Virus record (IMG/VR): IMGVR_UViG_3300042863_000184
Span: 1 to 26,447 of that record
DNA from: a virus
Lineage: Duplodnaviria > Caudoviricetes
Direction: 5' to 3' (one strand)
Length of the DNA stretch: 26,447 nucleotides
Both the position numbers and the translations under genes were made by a program. Positions 8,320 to 17,257 of the stretch are shown here, piece after piece (positions within the stretch are counted from its first letter, which is position 1; each line of letters starts with the position of its first letter). The notes beneath the pieces are model-generated. The model was not told the origin of the DNA. It searched no databases and worked only from the letters and a program-made list of their open reading frames with translations.

Positions 8320-11300
8320 TTATCCATAAACTCCAACCATTGTATACCATTGTGTGGTAGTGGCTGCTACTATCATTAATCTTGCTCCTGCCCCTAATGG
8401 GAAAGATATATTGGTTCCTAAACCATCAATCTGTGATCCGTTTGCCGGAAACACTTTAAGAGTAGATGCTGTTGTATTAATAATAATAACTTGTTGACCA
8501 ACTGTAGCTCCTGGCAATCTTACAGAATCATTAACTCCAGGATTAACACTACTTACCACATTAATTGATTTAGTTAATGCAGTTGCTCCGGAAAGTGTAG
8601 TTCCTGAAGCTGAAATACCTGCCTGCACACTAACTAATACTTTGCTAAAGGTAGCATCTTGATCTGTTGCAGTTAATGCTCCGACTAGTGTTAATCCACT
8701 CAATGATCCTACACTCGTAATATTTGATTGTGCGGCACCTGTTACTGTTGTTGAAATTAGTGAATTGGCTACTTGACCAACAATACTACCTGCTTGTAAG
8801 TTGGTTATACTAGCACCATTTCCACTAAACAATGTTGCAGTAAATGTGTTGCCACTAACATTACCTGTACTACCTGCACTGATATCACCTGTAGTATTAA
8901 TTGAACCTATGTTTGCAACACCTTGCAATATCATTTGTGTGCCGGACGTTCTTGCAAAACCACCTTGCGTTACTACACCATTGGTGCTATTGTTATATGC
9001 AACGTGCGTAGTATTTGAACTAGCAACTGTTACTGTTCCATTAAACCCAGCTGGTGCTAAACCACTAACAATAATAGTTGTTCCAGTTGGGAACGGTGGA
9101 ATAGCTTGTGTCGCAGAGAAGGCTAAAGTTGCAACTGTTCCATTACCGCTAGAACCTGATGCTTGAATCTGTACATTATAACCAATATTGACAGCACCTG
9201 CTGTTGTTATACCTGCATTAGCTGTAACTCTATCCATTGATGCGTTGCCACTAACTGCTAGATAACCACGTGATATTAAATTACCACCGGAACTATCACC
9301 AGTAACATTGGCAGAAGTAAGATTTGCATTACCTATGTTAGCATTAGCACCATTTAAGTTTAAGAAACCACTGCTACTCATTGTAATAAAGTTAGCAGTA
9401 GCCACATTTGATTGAAAACTTGCAGCCTCAAGATTTATTATACTAGCATTACCTCTAATATTTAAAGATGTTCCGCCAGTACGTATACGACCTAATGTGC
9501 CAGAGGCACTTGAAGTAGTATCATTGTATTTTACAAATCCCACATTAGCTTCTGTTACTACGAATTCTCCATTATACGCAGTTGTTGCTACACCACTGAT
9601 AATTACATTGCTTCCTACTGGGAAAGGAGGGAAACTTTGTGCAGAATAATTTGCAGTTACAATTGACCCAGTACCGGCGATTGCAGTAAGACTTAAATTT
9701 GCACCTACTGTCAATGATGAACCAATTGTAGCATTCTGGTTAATGGTTATTGTGCCACTAGCCGATATATTGCCACCTGCAGAAATATTTGTATTAGCAG
9801 TTAAATTGCCTGCTGTAGTAGTACCAGTAACACTTAGAGTACTTTGTATTTCCATACTCTGTGCATTTGCAATACCATTAATCAACATTGCATTACTGTT
9901 TAATGTTCCAAAGTTAGCTGTTGCAGATTGGGCATTTAATGTTGCACCTAGTATTTCAAGACTAGACATTGTTGCATTACCCTGAACACGTAATCCTAAA
10001 CCACCTGTTATTATTCTTGCTGATACTACACCACCTGTACCTGACGTACTACTAGTATATGTAACCGCAGTAAGATTTCCAGATACAGCAGTATATGTTC
10101 CATTATAACCGGTTGTAGTTGTCACACCTGATATTACTACCGTTGCGCCTGTTGGGAACGGTATAGTACTTTGAGAAGTAAATGTAACTGTTACTAGGTT
10201 TGTTGGTGCACCTGTGCCACTGATTGCCGATATTGCTAAATTTGCACCAACGTTTACGCTGGATGCAATACTTGCAGTATTTTGAATGACTAAAGAATTA
10301 TTTGATACAATGTTTCCTATTGTAGCATTGCCTACTACTGTTAAGAATTGACCAATATTAGCATTTGCACTGGTCATATTTCCGATAACATTTAGTAATT
10401 GTGATTCCATTCTGGTAGCACCAGTTAGTTCACCATTCAATGCAATAGCAGTAGTTTCTACTGAATTCAAATTAGCAACAGAGTTTACTCTTAATGTACC
10501 ACCGGTTTCTAAATTACCAGCAGTAACTTTACCTGTAGCAGATATTAAACCAACTGATGTGATATTACCCAATGAAGTATTACCGGCAGACAATGTACCG
10601 GCAGTAGACAATGCGGCTGCACTTAATATATTTGCTGTTACATTACCTGTAGTAGTATCACCTAATGTTGTAGTGCCAGCATTTAGTGCGCCGCTTGTAG
10701 ATAACCCAAGCGCACTAAAGTAATTTGCTGTTACATTACCTGTAGTAGTATCACCTAATGTAGTGGTGCCTGCACTTAGAGTACCGGCAGTAGATAAATT
10801 GCCACCAGATAGAGTACCAGTTGCACTTAATATGTTTGCAGTTAATGTCCCTGAAACAAATGCATTTAACGTATCAACGTTACCAGTTGTAGTAATATTT
10901 GCACCAGATACGTTTCCGGTTGCAGATATATAAGATCCTGCAGTAATAAATGTACTTGCAGCCATGCTAGCACTTGTAGCTAATGTTGCGGCGGAAACAA
11001 ATCCGCTAGTAGTTAAATTGCCTACGTTAGCATTACCATCAACTCGTAATACTCCACTGGCTACCAAATTAGCGCCCTCAACGTTACCTGATACGCTTAC
11101 TATAGTGCCATCAACTCTAGTAGTAGTTATATTTCCTACACTTGCATTGCCGATTACTGTCAAGAATCCGTTTGTTACAATGTTTCCACCGCCTCGTACT
11201 CTACCTAGTGTTACAACTGTTGTAGTTATTGCACTAGTAACTGCCGCAGTAGATGTAGTACCTGTGAGAACTGTCCATACCCCGTTATAGGAAGTAGGAG

Positions 11301-12753
11301 ACATACCGGTAACATTGATAGTTGTTCCAGTAGCAAAAGGTATAATATCTTGTGTAGCAAAATTTAAAATAAATCTATTAATTCCGTATGTAACAGATGT
11401 AATTTCTAAGTCAGCACCAGAACTTACGCCTGCACTAGTTGATACAATACCAACAGTGAATACGTTAGCACCTATAATATTACCTGATGCTGTTACTTGT
11501 GTAACTCCTAAGTTACCTACGTTAGCATTTCCAGTAACTGATAATGCACCAGATGTGGTAAGATTACCACCAGATACGTTACCTGCTATACTCAACAAAT
11601 TACTTGTTCTATTAAAAGTTAGGCCCGGAACTGCCGCTGCATTACCATTATCATTAAATGTAATTTCACCATTGGCACCTGGTGCTTGCAATGTCGCAGT
11701 ACCTGTTACTGTAACACCACCGCCTGTAATTATTGTTTGAGTAGCACCAGTACCAATTGTAATACTAGCAACTGCTAATGCATCAGCTTCAACATTTCCT
11801 ACTACTGATATATTGCCTGAAGTTATATCACCTATTACTGATAGGTTAGTCAATGAGCCTAAACTGGTAATCAAAGGTTGAGATGTACTGGTCATAGTAC
11901 CATCTAAATACACCGCAGTTACATTGCCTGCATCAATATTACTAGTGACAACTACACTTTCCATTACAACAGCGCCAGCTGATTCTGAAATTGTTGCGCC
12001 ACCTAATCTTAATGTAGTACCACTTAACCACAAATCTTTCCATCGTTGTGTTGAACTACCCAAATCATATTGATTATTTCCAGCTGGGACAAAATTACCA
12101 GTTACATTCCCAGTGACTAATAGATTAGCAGTAGTAATATTAGCACTATTGATATTACCTGTAACTGTGATATTACCGCCGTTAATAGTAGTTGAAGTAA
12201 TAGTACTAGATACTGACACGTTAGTAAGAGTTATCGTGGTTGCATTTGATCCAATTGTTTGTGAACCTAAGTATAAGGTAGAGCCACTTAAGTATAAATC
12301 TTTCCAACGATTAGTAGGAGTTCCTAAATCATATGTTATATTTGAACTAGGTACTAACGCTGAAGTAACAAAATTAGCTACGTTTAAATTACTAGTACGT
12401 ACATTACCTGATAAATTTGCATTGCCTGTTGTTATTGTGTTAGCTAAATTTAACACAAAAGGTGTGTTATAACTTGAGCTGGTCGCTGTATTACTTGTAG
12501 CAGCTCCGATGCCAACCAATAAACTATTAGATGTATTAATACTAATATTAGGAAAAGCGGTTGTAATATAAATATTACCAGTTGTTCTATTCTGTGTTAG
12601 TCCAGGTCCTACGTTTAGTTCCGATACACCTGAGGTTAGTGTAGTGTTGTATAAATCTGAAAAGTTGTTTTGTATTTTTTGGAATGCCGAACGAATTGGG
12701 TCCGCCGCTGGATCATTAGGGAAACTACCAAAATCAATAAATTGTTGGGCCAT
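8320..12753 (-). CDS. Long tail fibre / baseplate-anchored adhesin-like protein, 1477 aa
   Basis: N-terminus IDFGSFPNDPAADPIRSAFQKIQNNFSDLY resembles T4 gp9/gp10-type anchors; G/N/T/S/A-rich repetitive shaft; AGGT RBS and late promoter upstream. Confidence 0.8.
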   Translation of the reverse strand: MAQQFIDFGSFPNDPAADPIRSAFQKIQNNFSDLYNTTLTSGVSELNVGPGLTQNRTTGNIYITTAFPNISINTSNSLLVGIGAATSNTATSSSYNTPFVLNLANTITTGNANLSGNVRTSNLNVANFVTSALVPSSNITYDLGTPTNRWKDLYLSGSTLYLGSQTIGSNATTITLTNVSVSSTITSTTINGGNITVTGNINSANITTANLLVTGNVTGNFVPAGNNQYDLGSSTQRWKDLWLSGTTLRLGGATISESAGAVVMESVVVTSNIDAGNVTAVYLDGTMTSTSQPLITSLGSLTNLSVIGDITSGNISVVGNVEADALAVASITIGTGATQTIITGGGVTVTGTATLQAPGANGEITFNDNGNAAAVPGLTFNRTSNLLSIAGNVSGGNLTTSGALSVTGNANVGNLGVTQVTASGNIIGANVFTVGIVSTSAGVSSGADLEITSVTYGINRFILNFATQDIIPFATGTTINVTGMSPTSYNGVWTVLTGTTSTAAVTSAITTTVVTLGRVRGGGNIVTNGFLTVIGNASVGNITTTRVDGTIVSVSGNVEGANLVASGVLRVDGNANVGNLTTSGFVSAATLATSASMAASTFITAGSYISATGNVSGANITTTGNVDTLNAFVSGTLTANILSATGTLSGGNLSTAGTLSAGTTTLGDTTTGNVTANYFSALGLSTSGALNAGTTTLGDTTTGNVTANILSAAALSTAGTLSAGNTSLGNITSVGLISATGKVTAGNLETGGTLRVNSVANLNSVETTAIALNGELTGATRMESQLLNVIGNMTSANANIGQFLTVVGNATIGNIVSNNSLVIQNTASIASSVNVGANLAISAISGTGAPTNLVTVTFTSQSTIPFPTGATVVISGVTTTTGYNGTYTAVSGNLTAVTYTSSTSGTGGVVSARIITGGLGLRVQGNATMSSLEILGATLNAQSATANFGTLNSNAMLINGIANAQSMEIQSTLSVTGTTTAGNLTANTNISAGGNISASGTITINQNATIGSSLTVGANLSLTAIAGTGSIVTANYSAQSFPPFPVGSNVIISGVATTAYNGEFVVTEANVGFVKYNDTTSSASGTLGRIRTGGTSLNIRGNASIINLEAASFQSNVATANFITMSSSGFLNLNGANANIGNANLTSANVTGDSSGGNLISRGYLAVSGNASMDRVTANAGITTAGAVNIGYNVQIQASGSSGNGTVATLAFSATQAIPPFPTGTTIIVSGLAPAGFNGTVTVASSNTTHVAYNNSTNGVVTQGGFARTSGTQMILQGVANIGSINTTGDISAGSTGNVSGNTFTATLFSGNGASITNLQAGSIVGQVANSLISTTVTGAAQSNITSVGSLSGLTLVGALTATDQDATFSKVLVSVQAGISASGTTLSGATALTKSINVVSSVNPGVNDSVRLPGATVGQQVIIINTTASTLKVFPANGSQIDGLGTNISFPLGAGARLMIVAATTTQWYTMVGVYG
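10630..10761. repeat. Exact 39-bp direct repeat, 93-nt period (10630-10668 and 10723-10761)
   Basis: atttgctgttacattacctgtagtagtatcacctaatgt occurs twice and encodes TLGDTTTGNVTAN in a 31-aa tandem repeat. Confidence 0.9.
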
Positions 12754-12774
12754 GTCTATATCTACCTTATTAAG

Positions 12775-12781
12775 TATTTAT
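12775..12781 (-). promoter_or_regulatory. Late promoter ATAAATA for the fibre/lysin/baseplate operon
   Basis: Lies between a terminator and the RBS of the 1477-aa gene. Confidence 0.7.
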
Positions 12782-12806
12782 CGTTTTTAAATCAGATGTA
12801 GCATCC

Positions 12807-12835
12807 AAAAAAATAGCCCGGCGAACCAGGCTATT
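12807..12835 (-). terminator. Rho-independent terminator with UUCG tetraloop
   Basis: Minus strand AATAGCCTGG-TTCG-CCGGGCTATT-TTTTT: 10-bp stem with one G-U pair plus U tract, 16 nt after the stop at 12852. Confidence 0.9.
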
Positions 12836-12851
12836 GAAAATACGGTTTTTA

Positions 12852-15467
12852 TTATTTTATACCGCTTAATTTCTTCCACTCGTTTAAAGATTCTCTAACC
12901 GAAACACGGGTTGGATTTCCTACTGTTTGGTCTGACTTCATCTTATGTAAGTCGCCGCCCATTGATAATAATGCCTTTAATTGCATTAATTCTGTATCAC
13001 CCATTGCATCACCGCCTGCGTCATTTGAGAAGCCCTCTTCAACTTGTTCTTCACATGTATGACCTTCATACATCATTCCACCGCATTCATTGCAAGTTTC
13101 ATGGTCGTGACCTTCTTTGACTTTTTCCATGTCACCGTCGCCATCTAAATCGGCTTCTTGTTTACCTTGGGCACGTGCTTTTGCTAAATTACCGGTAAAC
13201 ATGTTACCTTCTTCCATATCATCTTCTTTGACTGGATATTGTTTTCCACCTACAGAGAATTTTTGACCTTTGTCAGGAATATTATCTGATTTTGCTTTAG
13301 CTACTGCACCTGAGAAAGCATTACCTTCGTCAGTTTTTTCTTCTTCGCCGGCATCGTCTGTGTCATCTTGTTGTGCATCACCTTCTTCGTCACCGGCTGG
13401 TTGTAATGCAGTGTCATCAGAACCTGCTTCATCTTCATAATCACTACTGTGACTGTGATCCATAGAACCTTCTTCACCACCCATATCAATGCCTGACATT
13501 TTCTTAATTAATGCAAGCATGTCATTGTCATCACCAACTACGTCAGGACTCATTTGCGGTTGAGTACCAGTACCTGTTGGTTCTTCCTCACCTTGAGATA
13601 CTACACCATAACCAACTGCAGGCTTGTCGTTTCCACCAAACACGCCGATGCCAGCGTTACGCAATACGCCCATTAGTTGCTCTGCGTCAGCGTCAGTAGC
13701 ACTAATGGTTACTGAATCTGGAGCACCTTGTTGTCCTGTACTGCTAGAAACAGTAATACCTTCATTTAGAATGTTGTTTAGCTGATTTTCCCAGCTTTCA
13801 TATTGTACGTCTTTCATTTCTTCTGTGCTTTCTAATCTAGTTTTTGGTTTACGCAATCCTGATATAAAATTAACTGCTCTATCGGTTGCGGCATTAATAG
13901 GATCTACACTCCACGGAGTTGGCTTTTCAACTGGTTTGTTAGTAGCTTGAATTCTACTAGGTTTAAACATACTAATATCACCTGGCTTGCTATCCATACC
14001 ATGTGTTGTATGTAAATCTTTACTTGGATGAGGAATTAAATCACCTTCTTCTAAACTTTCGTCAAAGTTAACAAAGCCAAAGTGTTCTAAGGCCGAATCA
14101 CGCATCTGATCTTTATAAGAACCGGCCATGCTTCTAAATCTACCATGTGCTAATGTCTTATTAATGACTGATATAGCTAATGCTTTATCTTTTAATTCTA
14201 TTGCAGGTTTGATGTTATAACCTTTTGGTCCTAATTCTAACTCGTCAAAGAACTTAGTCATTTGTTCTTTTTGACCTTCTGTTAATACCACATCAGTAGC
14301 TTCTAGACTCTCATGCATTTTATCTTCTTTACTACTATACTTAGCACGAATGTTTTGCTTAGTCTTTTCGCTAGCATGTTTTTGTCCAGCTTGTCGTAAT
14401 GCATTCATACCATCTTTGCCGTATTTCTTGTTACCCAAATATGCTTGTAATCCTGATTCATCAACTGCATCTTCAGCCATTGTTTGATCATCAGTATTCA
14501 AACTCATTTCACCTTTACCAATTGATTGCTTAATCTGTGCAGCCAATTGAGGATTAGAAACTGTGCCTAATGTTTTATTGCCTTGCTGAATAACTTGTGT
14601 GTTAGTTTGACTAGCTGGTTTGATTTGAACAGGTTGTTGCGTGTTCATATCTTCATCTACACCTTTGTGTATTCCTATGCCTTGATTACTACCGGGAGTT
14701 ATTCCTTTAGCACGTGCATCTTTTACTGCGGCTGCAGCCGCATTTCTATGTGCTTGTGTTTGAGAATTATGAACCCAATCTGAATCTGGATTAGCTGCTT
14801 TATTTCCGGCAACTTGGCTTGCACTTTTATAACGTACGGTATTGCCTTGGAGGCCTGGCATGCCTGTTTTCCCAGTAGGGTCTCTATAAGCTACCCGTAC
14901 TGCTTCCTCTACACCTTGTTCTTTAAAATTTGTCATTGGTTTCTTTGTAACTTGAGCAGATTTATTTGTTGGTGTAACTTTAGTCGCTAATCTATCACCT
15001 ACGTGTTTAACTTCTCTGTCATTACGTTTCATATTAGGATTTTTATTATAGAAATCCTGAGTTTGTTTGTTCATCCAAGAAGTATCCTTCTCACCTTCAT
15101 TAACTATTGTAGTTTGAAGTTCATCAATGTATTCTTTTAAACTGTGCTTCTTAGAAACTTTACCAACTTCTTTCTTTGGCTTCTTACCGCCACCAAATAC
15201 ATCACCAACACCAGTAGTGTCATATTTCTTTACTTCGCCGGAATCATCTGCGCCCTTTTTAGGACGACCACGGCCCTTTTTAGGTGCATCTTTTTTAGCT
15301 TCAGCATCTTTATTAATTTTACCGACTTTATGTCCGTATTGGTCACGTACATCTTCTTTACCATGACTTGAACCGTAATCACCTTTATGGACTCGTCCTT
15401 TTGGTGTTTCTTTTGTTTCACCTTCGGAAAGGGAACTCATTGCTTGTAATAGGTTTCTAAAATCCAT
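12852..15467 (-). CDS. Large low-complexity charged protein, 871 aa; probable internal head (prohead core) protein
   Basis: K/E/D/G-rich, largely disordered-looking, many hydrophobic-x-E-(G/S/A/D) motifs; GAGGA RBS; TAATG coupling to the upstream gene. Confidence 0.65.
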   Translation of the reverse strand: MDFRNLLQAMSSLSEGETKETPKGRVHKGDYGSSHGKEDVRDQYGHKVGKINKDAEAKKDAPKKGRGRPKKGADDSGEVKKYDTTGVGDVFGGGKKPKKEVGKVSKKHSLKEYIDELQTTIVNEGEKDTSWMNKQTQDFYNKNPNMKRNDREVKHVGDRLATKVTPTNKSAQVTKKPMTNFKEQGVEEAVRVAYRDPTGKTGMPGLQGNTVRYKSASQVAGNKAANPDSDWVHNSQTQAHRNAAAAAVKDARAKGITPGSNQGIGIHKGVDEDMNTQQPVQIKPASQTNTQVIQQGNKTLGTVSNPQLAAQIKQSIGKGEMSLNTDDQTMAEDAVDESGLQAYLGNKKYGKDGMNALRQAGQKHASEKTKQNIRAKYSSKEDKMHESLEATDVVLTEGQKEQMTKFFDELELGPKGYNIKPAIELKDKALAISVINKTLAHGRFRSMAGSYKDQMRDSALEHFGFVNFDESLEEGDLIPHPSKDLHTTHGMDSKPGDISMFKPSRIQATNKPVEKPTPWSVDPINAATDRAVNFISGLRKPKTRLESTEEMKDVQYESWENQLNNILNEGITVSSSTGQQGAPDSVTISATDADAEQLMGVLRNAGIGVFGGNDKPAVGYGVVSQGEEEPTGTGTQPQMSPDVVGDDNDMLALIKKMSGIDMGGEEGSMDHSHSSDYEDEAGSDDTALQPAGDEEGDAQQDDTDDAGEEEKTDEGNAFSGAVAKAKSDNIPDKGQKFSVGGKQYPVKEDDMEEGNMFTGNLAKARAQGKQEADLDGDGDMEKVKEGHDHETCNECGGMMYEGHTCEEQVEEGFSNDAGGDAMGDTELMQLKALLSMGGDLHKMKSDQTVGNPTRVSVRESLNEWKKLSGIK

Positions 15468-15685
15468 TATCGTGATCCTCGTTTATCTAATTTATCTTCC
15501 ATACGTGTAAGTTGTCTTTGCAACTCCACAATTCGGTCGTTTGTATCTTCAACTTTTGCATGTGTTACAGCAACTTTTTTGTCAATGTTTTTTACATTGT
15601 CATTCATTGTAATATATACTGTGCCACCTATTCCCAAGGCACCAACCAAAATCCATGTAAGTTGACTGGTGTTGAATTCGATCAT
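15467..15685 (-). CDS. Small protein with one transmembrane helix and a coiled coil, 72 aa (holin/XhlA-like candidate)
   Basis: LTWILVGALGIGGTVYITM followed by IVELQRQLTRMEDKLD; GGAG RBS. Confidence 0.65.
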   Translation of the reverse strand: MIEFNTSQLTWILVGALGIGGTVYITMNDNVKNIDKKVAVTHAKVEDTNDRIVELQRQLTRMEDKLDKRGSR

Positions 15686-16281
15686 TATTTTCTAGCTCCT
15701 GTACTAGGTAATTGTGGTCTTGTCATTTTAGTCATAGGACTAACTGTGTTTATTCCGTCTTTGCTCTTATTAGGACTTACTGGAGTAGTTTTGCCTGCAT
15801 ATGGAATATTAATACTAGGCTTTTTAGGCATTACACGATCTAGATATTGATTTGCATATTCTTTGCTAGCTTCTTTGCCATTATCTTCTAACTCTGTCTT
15901 TAGTAATAAAGGTTGATCTTTTTGTTCATTAGCATAACCTTCAGCTTCACTATTGATGCTATCATCATAATCAGTAGTAACTACTCTGACATTGTTTATG
16001 TTGCAACCACAATGTTGAGCGCATTGCTGAATCATTGGTTCAGTTGCAGGATATTTGAATTCAGCTTTGATAATGGTAATAGACTCATTATGCAAGTCAG
16101 GAAATCCATATGGATCTTTTTGAATAGGTGTAGTTTTTGGATCATCAATTTTGACTGGGTCAAATTTGGACAAATTATGTCTGAACAATTCCAAAAAGTT
16201 TTTTTCACAATCGCCGGCAATCTTAATTGTATAGCGATATGTTCTAACACTTTCGGTTAAATATTGACGTAGGCTCTTCAT
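15685..16281 (-). CDS. Hypothetical protein, 198 aa, with capsid-targeting-like N-terminus
   Basis: Starts MKSLRQYLTE-S; AGGA RBS and late promoter upstream. Confidence 0.75.
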   Translation of the reverse strand: MKSLRQYLTESVRTYRYTIKIAGDCEKNFLELFRHNLSKFDPVKIDDPKTTPIQKDPYGFPDLHNESITIIKAEFKYPATEPMIQQCAQHCGCNINNVRVVTTDYDDSINSEAEGYANEQKDQPLLLKTELEDNGKEASKEYANQYLDRVMPKKPSINIPYAGKTTPVSPNKSKDGINTVSPMTKMTRPQLPSTGARK

Positions 16282-16300
16282 TGTTTTATTCCTGTTCTAT

Positions 16301-16307
16301 TATTTAT
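16301..16307 (-). promoter_or_regulatory. Late promoter ATAAATA
   Basis: TGATAAATA, overlapping the upstream TGA stop. Confidence 0.6.
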
Positions 16308-16792
16308 CAATTTACTGGTTTTTTGTTTGCCAGAATACTCTTGAGAAGTTCATTACGATCCACTAAGCTACCCTCACCTAGTGGAACATTTGCAATCTCT
16401 TTATCTTTCTCAACATTTTTTTGATCTAGACTTGCTTTTTTCAACTGCAAATCAATCATTTTTAATTTCTTGTTAATCTTAGCCGTCTTAGCAGTTATAG
16501 CATGTCCTAACATTGTACCAGCACTATTGAATATCTCACTAGCAAATCTGCTATCGACTTGCATCCCCAAATCCATTAAATCTTTATAACTGTCTTGAGC
16601 CAGTTTTGCCAATTCATCCATCTCAGTATCACTTGCTTCTAACCCACGAACTTGTGGTAATGCTTGTTCTATCTTATCTAAAGTAGAGTATGTTTCTTGC
16701 GTTACTAAATCCATATCTTTGCCGAGTATGGGTTCAGTTAATGATGATTCCTCTGTAGGTAAATCAAACAATTCTGATAATTTTTTTGTCAT
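16307..16792 (-). CDS. Putative terminase small subunit (T4 gp16-like)
   Basis: 161-aa helical protein; LSELFDLP, VDSRFASEIFNSAGTML and DRNELLKSI loosely parallel T4 gp16 segments as I recall them; next to the gp4-like gene. Confidence 0.5.
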   Translation of the reverse strand: MTKKLSELFDLPTEESSLTEPILGKDMDLVTQETYSTLDKIEQALPQVRGLEASDTEMDELAKLAQDSYKDLMDLGMQVDSRFASEIFNSAGTMLGHAITAKTAKINKKLKMIDLQLKKASLDQKNVEKDKEIANVPLGEGSLVDRNELLKSILANKKPVN

Positions 16793-16813
16793 GCTATTTG
16801 TCCATAATAGCAG

Positions 16814-16820
16814 TATTTAT
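16814..16820 (-). promoter_or_regulatory. Late promoter ATAAATA
   Basis: TAATAAATAC overlapping the upstream TAA stop. Confidence 0.6.
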
Positions 16821-17257
16821 TACTTACGCCTACCGTTATAAAACAAGTCATCCTCTGTGATTACACGGAATGTAAATCCATATTGTTTACAGTATGCTTT
16901 AGCACTAGCCCACTTGGCGTGATTAATAGCAACAATTGCTATATCTCTTGCGCTAGCCTTTCTACTTTCAATCAGGCTTTGTTTTTTAGGTTTGATCTCT
17001 ACAATTTCAGCAAACTGTTTTCCAAACTTGTTTTCATATAGTATAAAGAAGTCTGGAATATAATTAGTAACTTTACCTGTTAAAGGATGACGATAGGGGA
17101 TACGTATTGATTCGCTTGCCCATTTAATTACATTCTTGTTGCCGTCACAGAATTGCATGAATGTGAATTCCCATCCACTACGATATCTAGGTGTATGATT
17201 ACCAATATACTTATCAGGATTTCTAGGCACAAATATGCCCTGTGCAAAGTTTGCCAT
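16820..17257 (-). CDS. Head completion nuclease (T4 gp4 / TnsA N-terminal-like PD-(D/E)xK)
   Basis: QGIFVPRNPDKYIG, YRSGWE, WASE, IPYRHP, YIPDF, VEIKP, NHAKW, FRVITEDDL. Confidence 0.9.
   Translation of the reverse strand: MANFAQGIFVPRNPDKYIGNHTPRYRSGWEFTFMQFCDGNKNVIKWASESIRIPYRHPLTGKVTNYIPDFFILYENKFGKQFAEIVEIKPKKQSLIESRKASARDIAIVAINHAKWASAKAYCKQYGFTFRVITEDDLFYNGRRK

Noticed and set aside
10630-10761. Direct repeat as a CRISPR array or DGR template/variable pair
   Set aside because: Only two identical in-frame coding copies; no spacer series, no adenine-specific mismatches, and no cas or reverse transcriptase gene in the window.
8801-12472. Several plus-strand ORFs of 80-141 aa opposite the fibre gene
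   Set aside because: Antisense shadows of G/N/T/A-rich codons (V/L/P/A-rich translations), with no RBS or recognisable motifs.
16820-17257. TnsA-like nuclease as evidence of a Tn7 element
   Set aside because: Matches the T4 gp4 head-completion family in a morphogenesis cluster; no tnsB/C genes or transposon ends.
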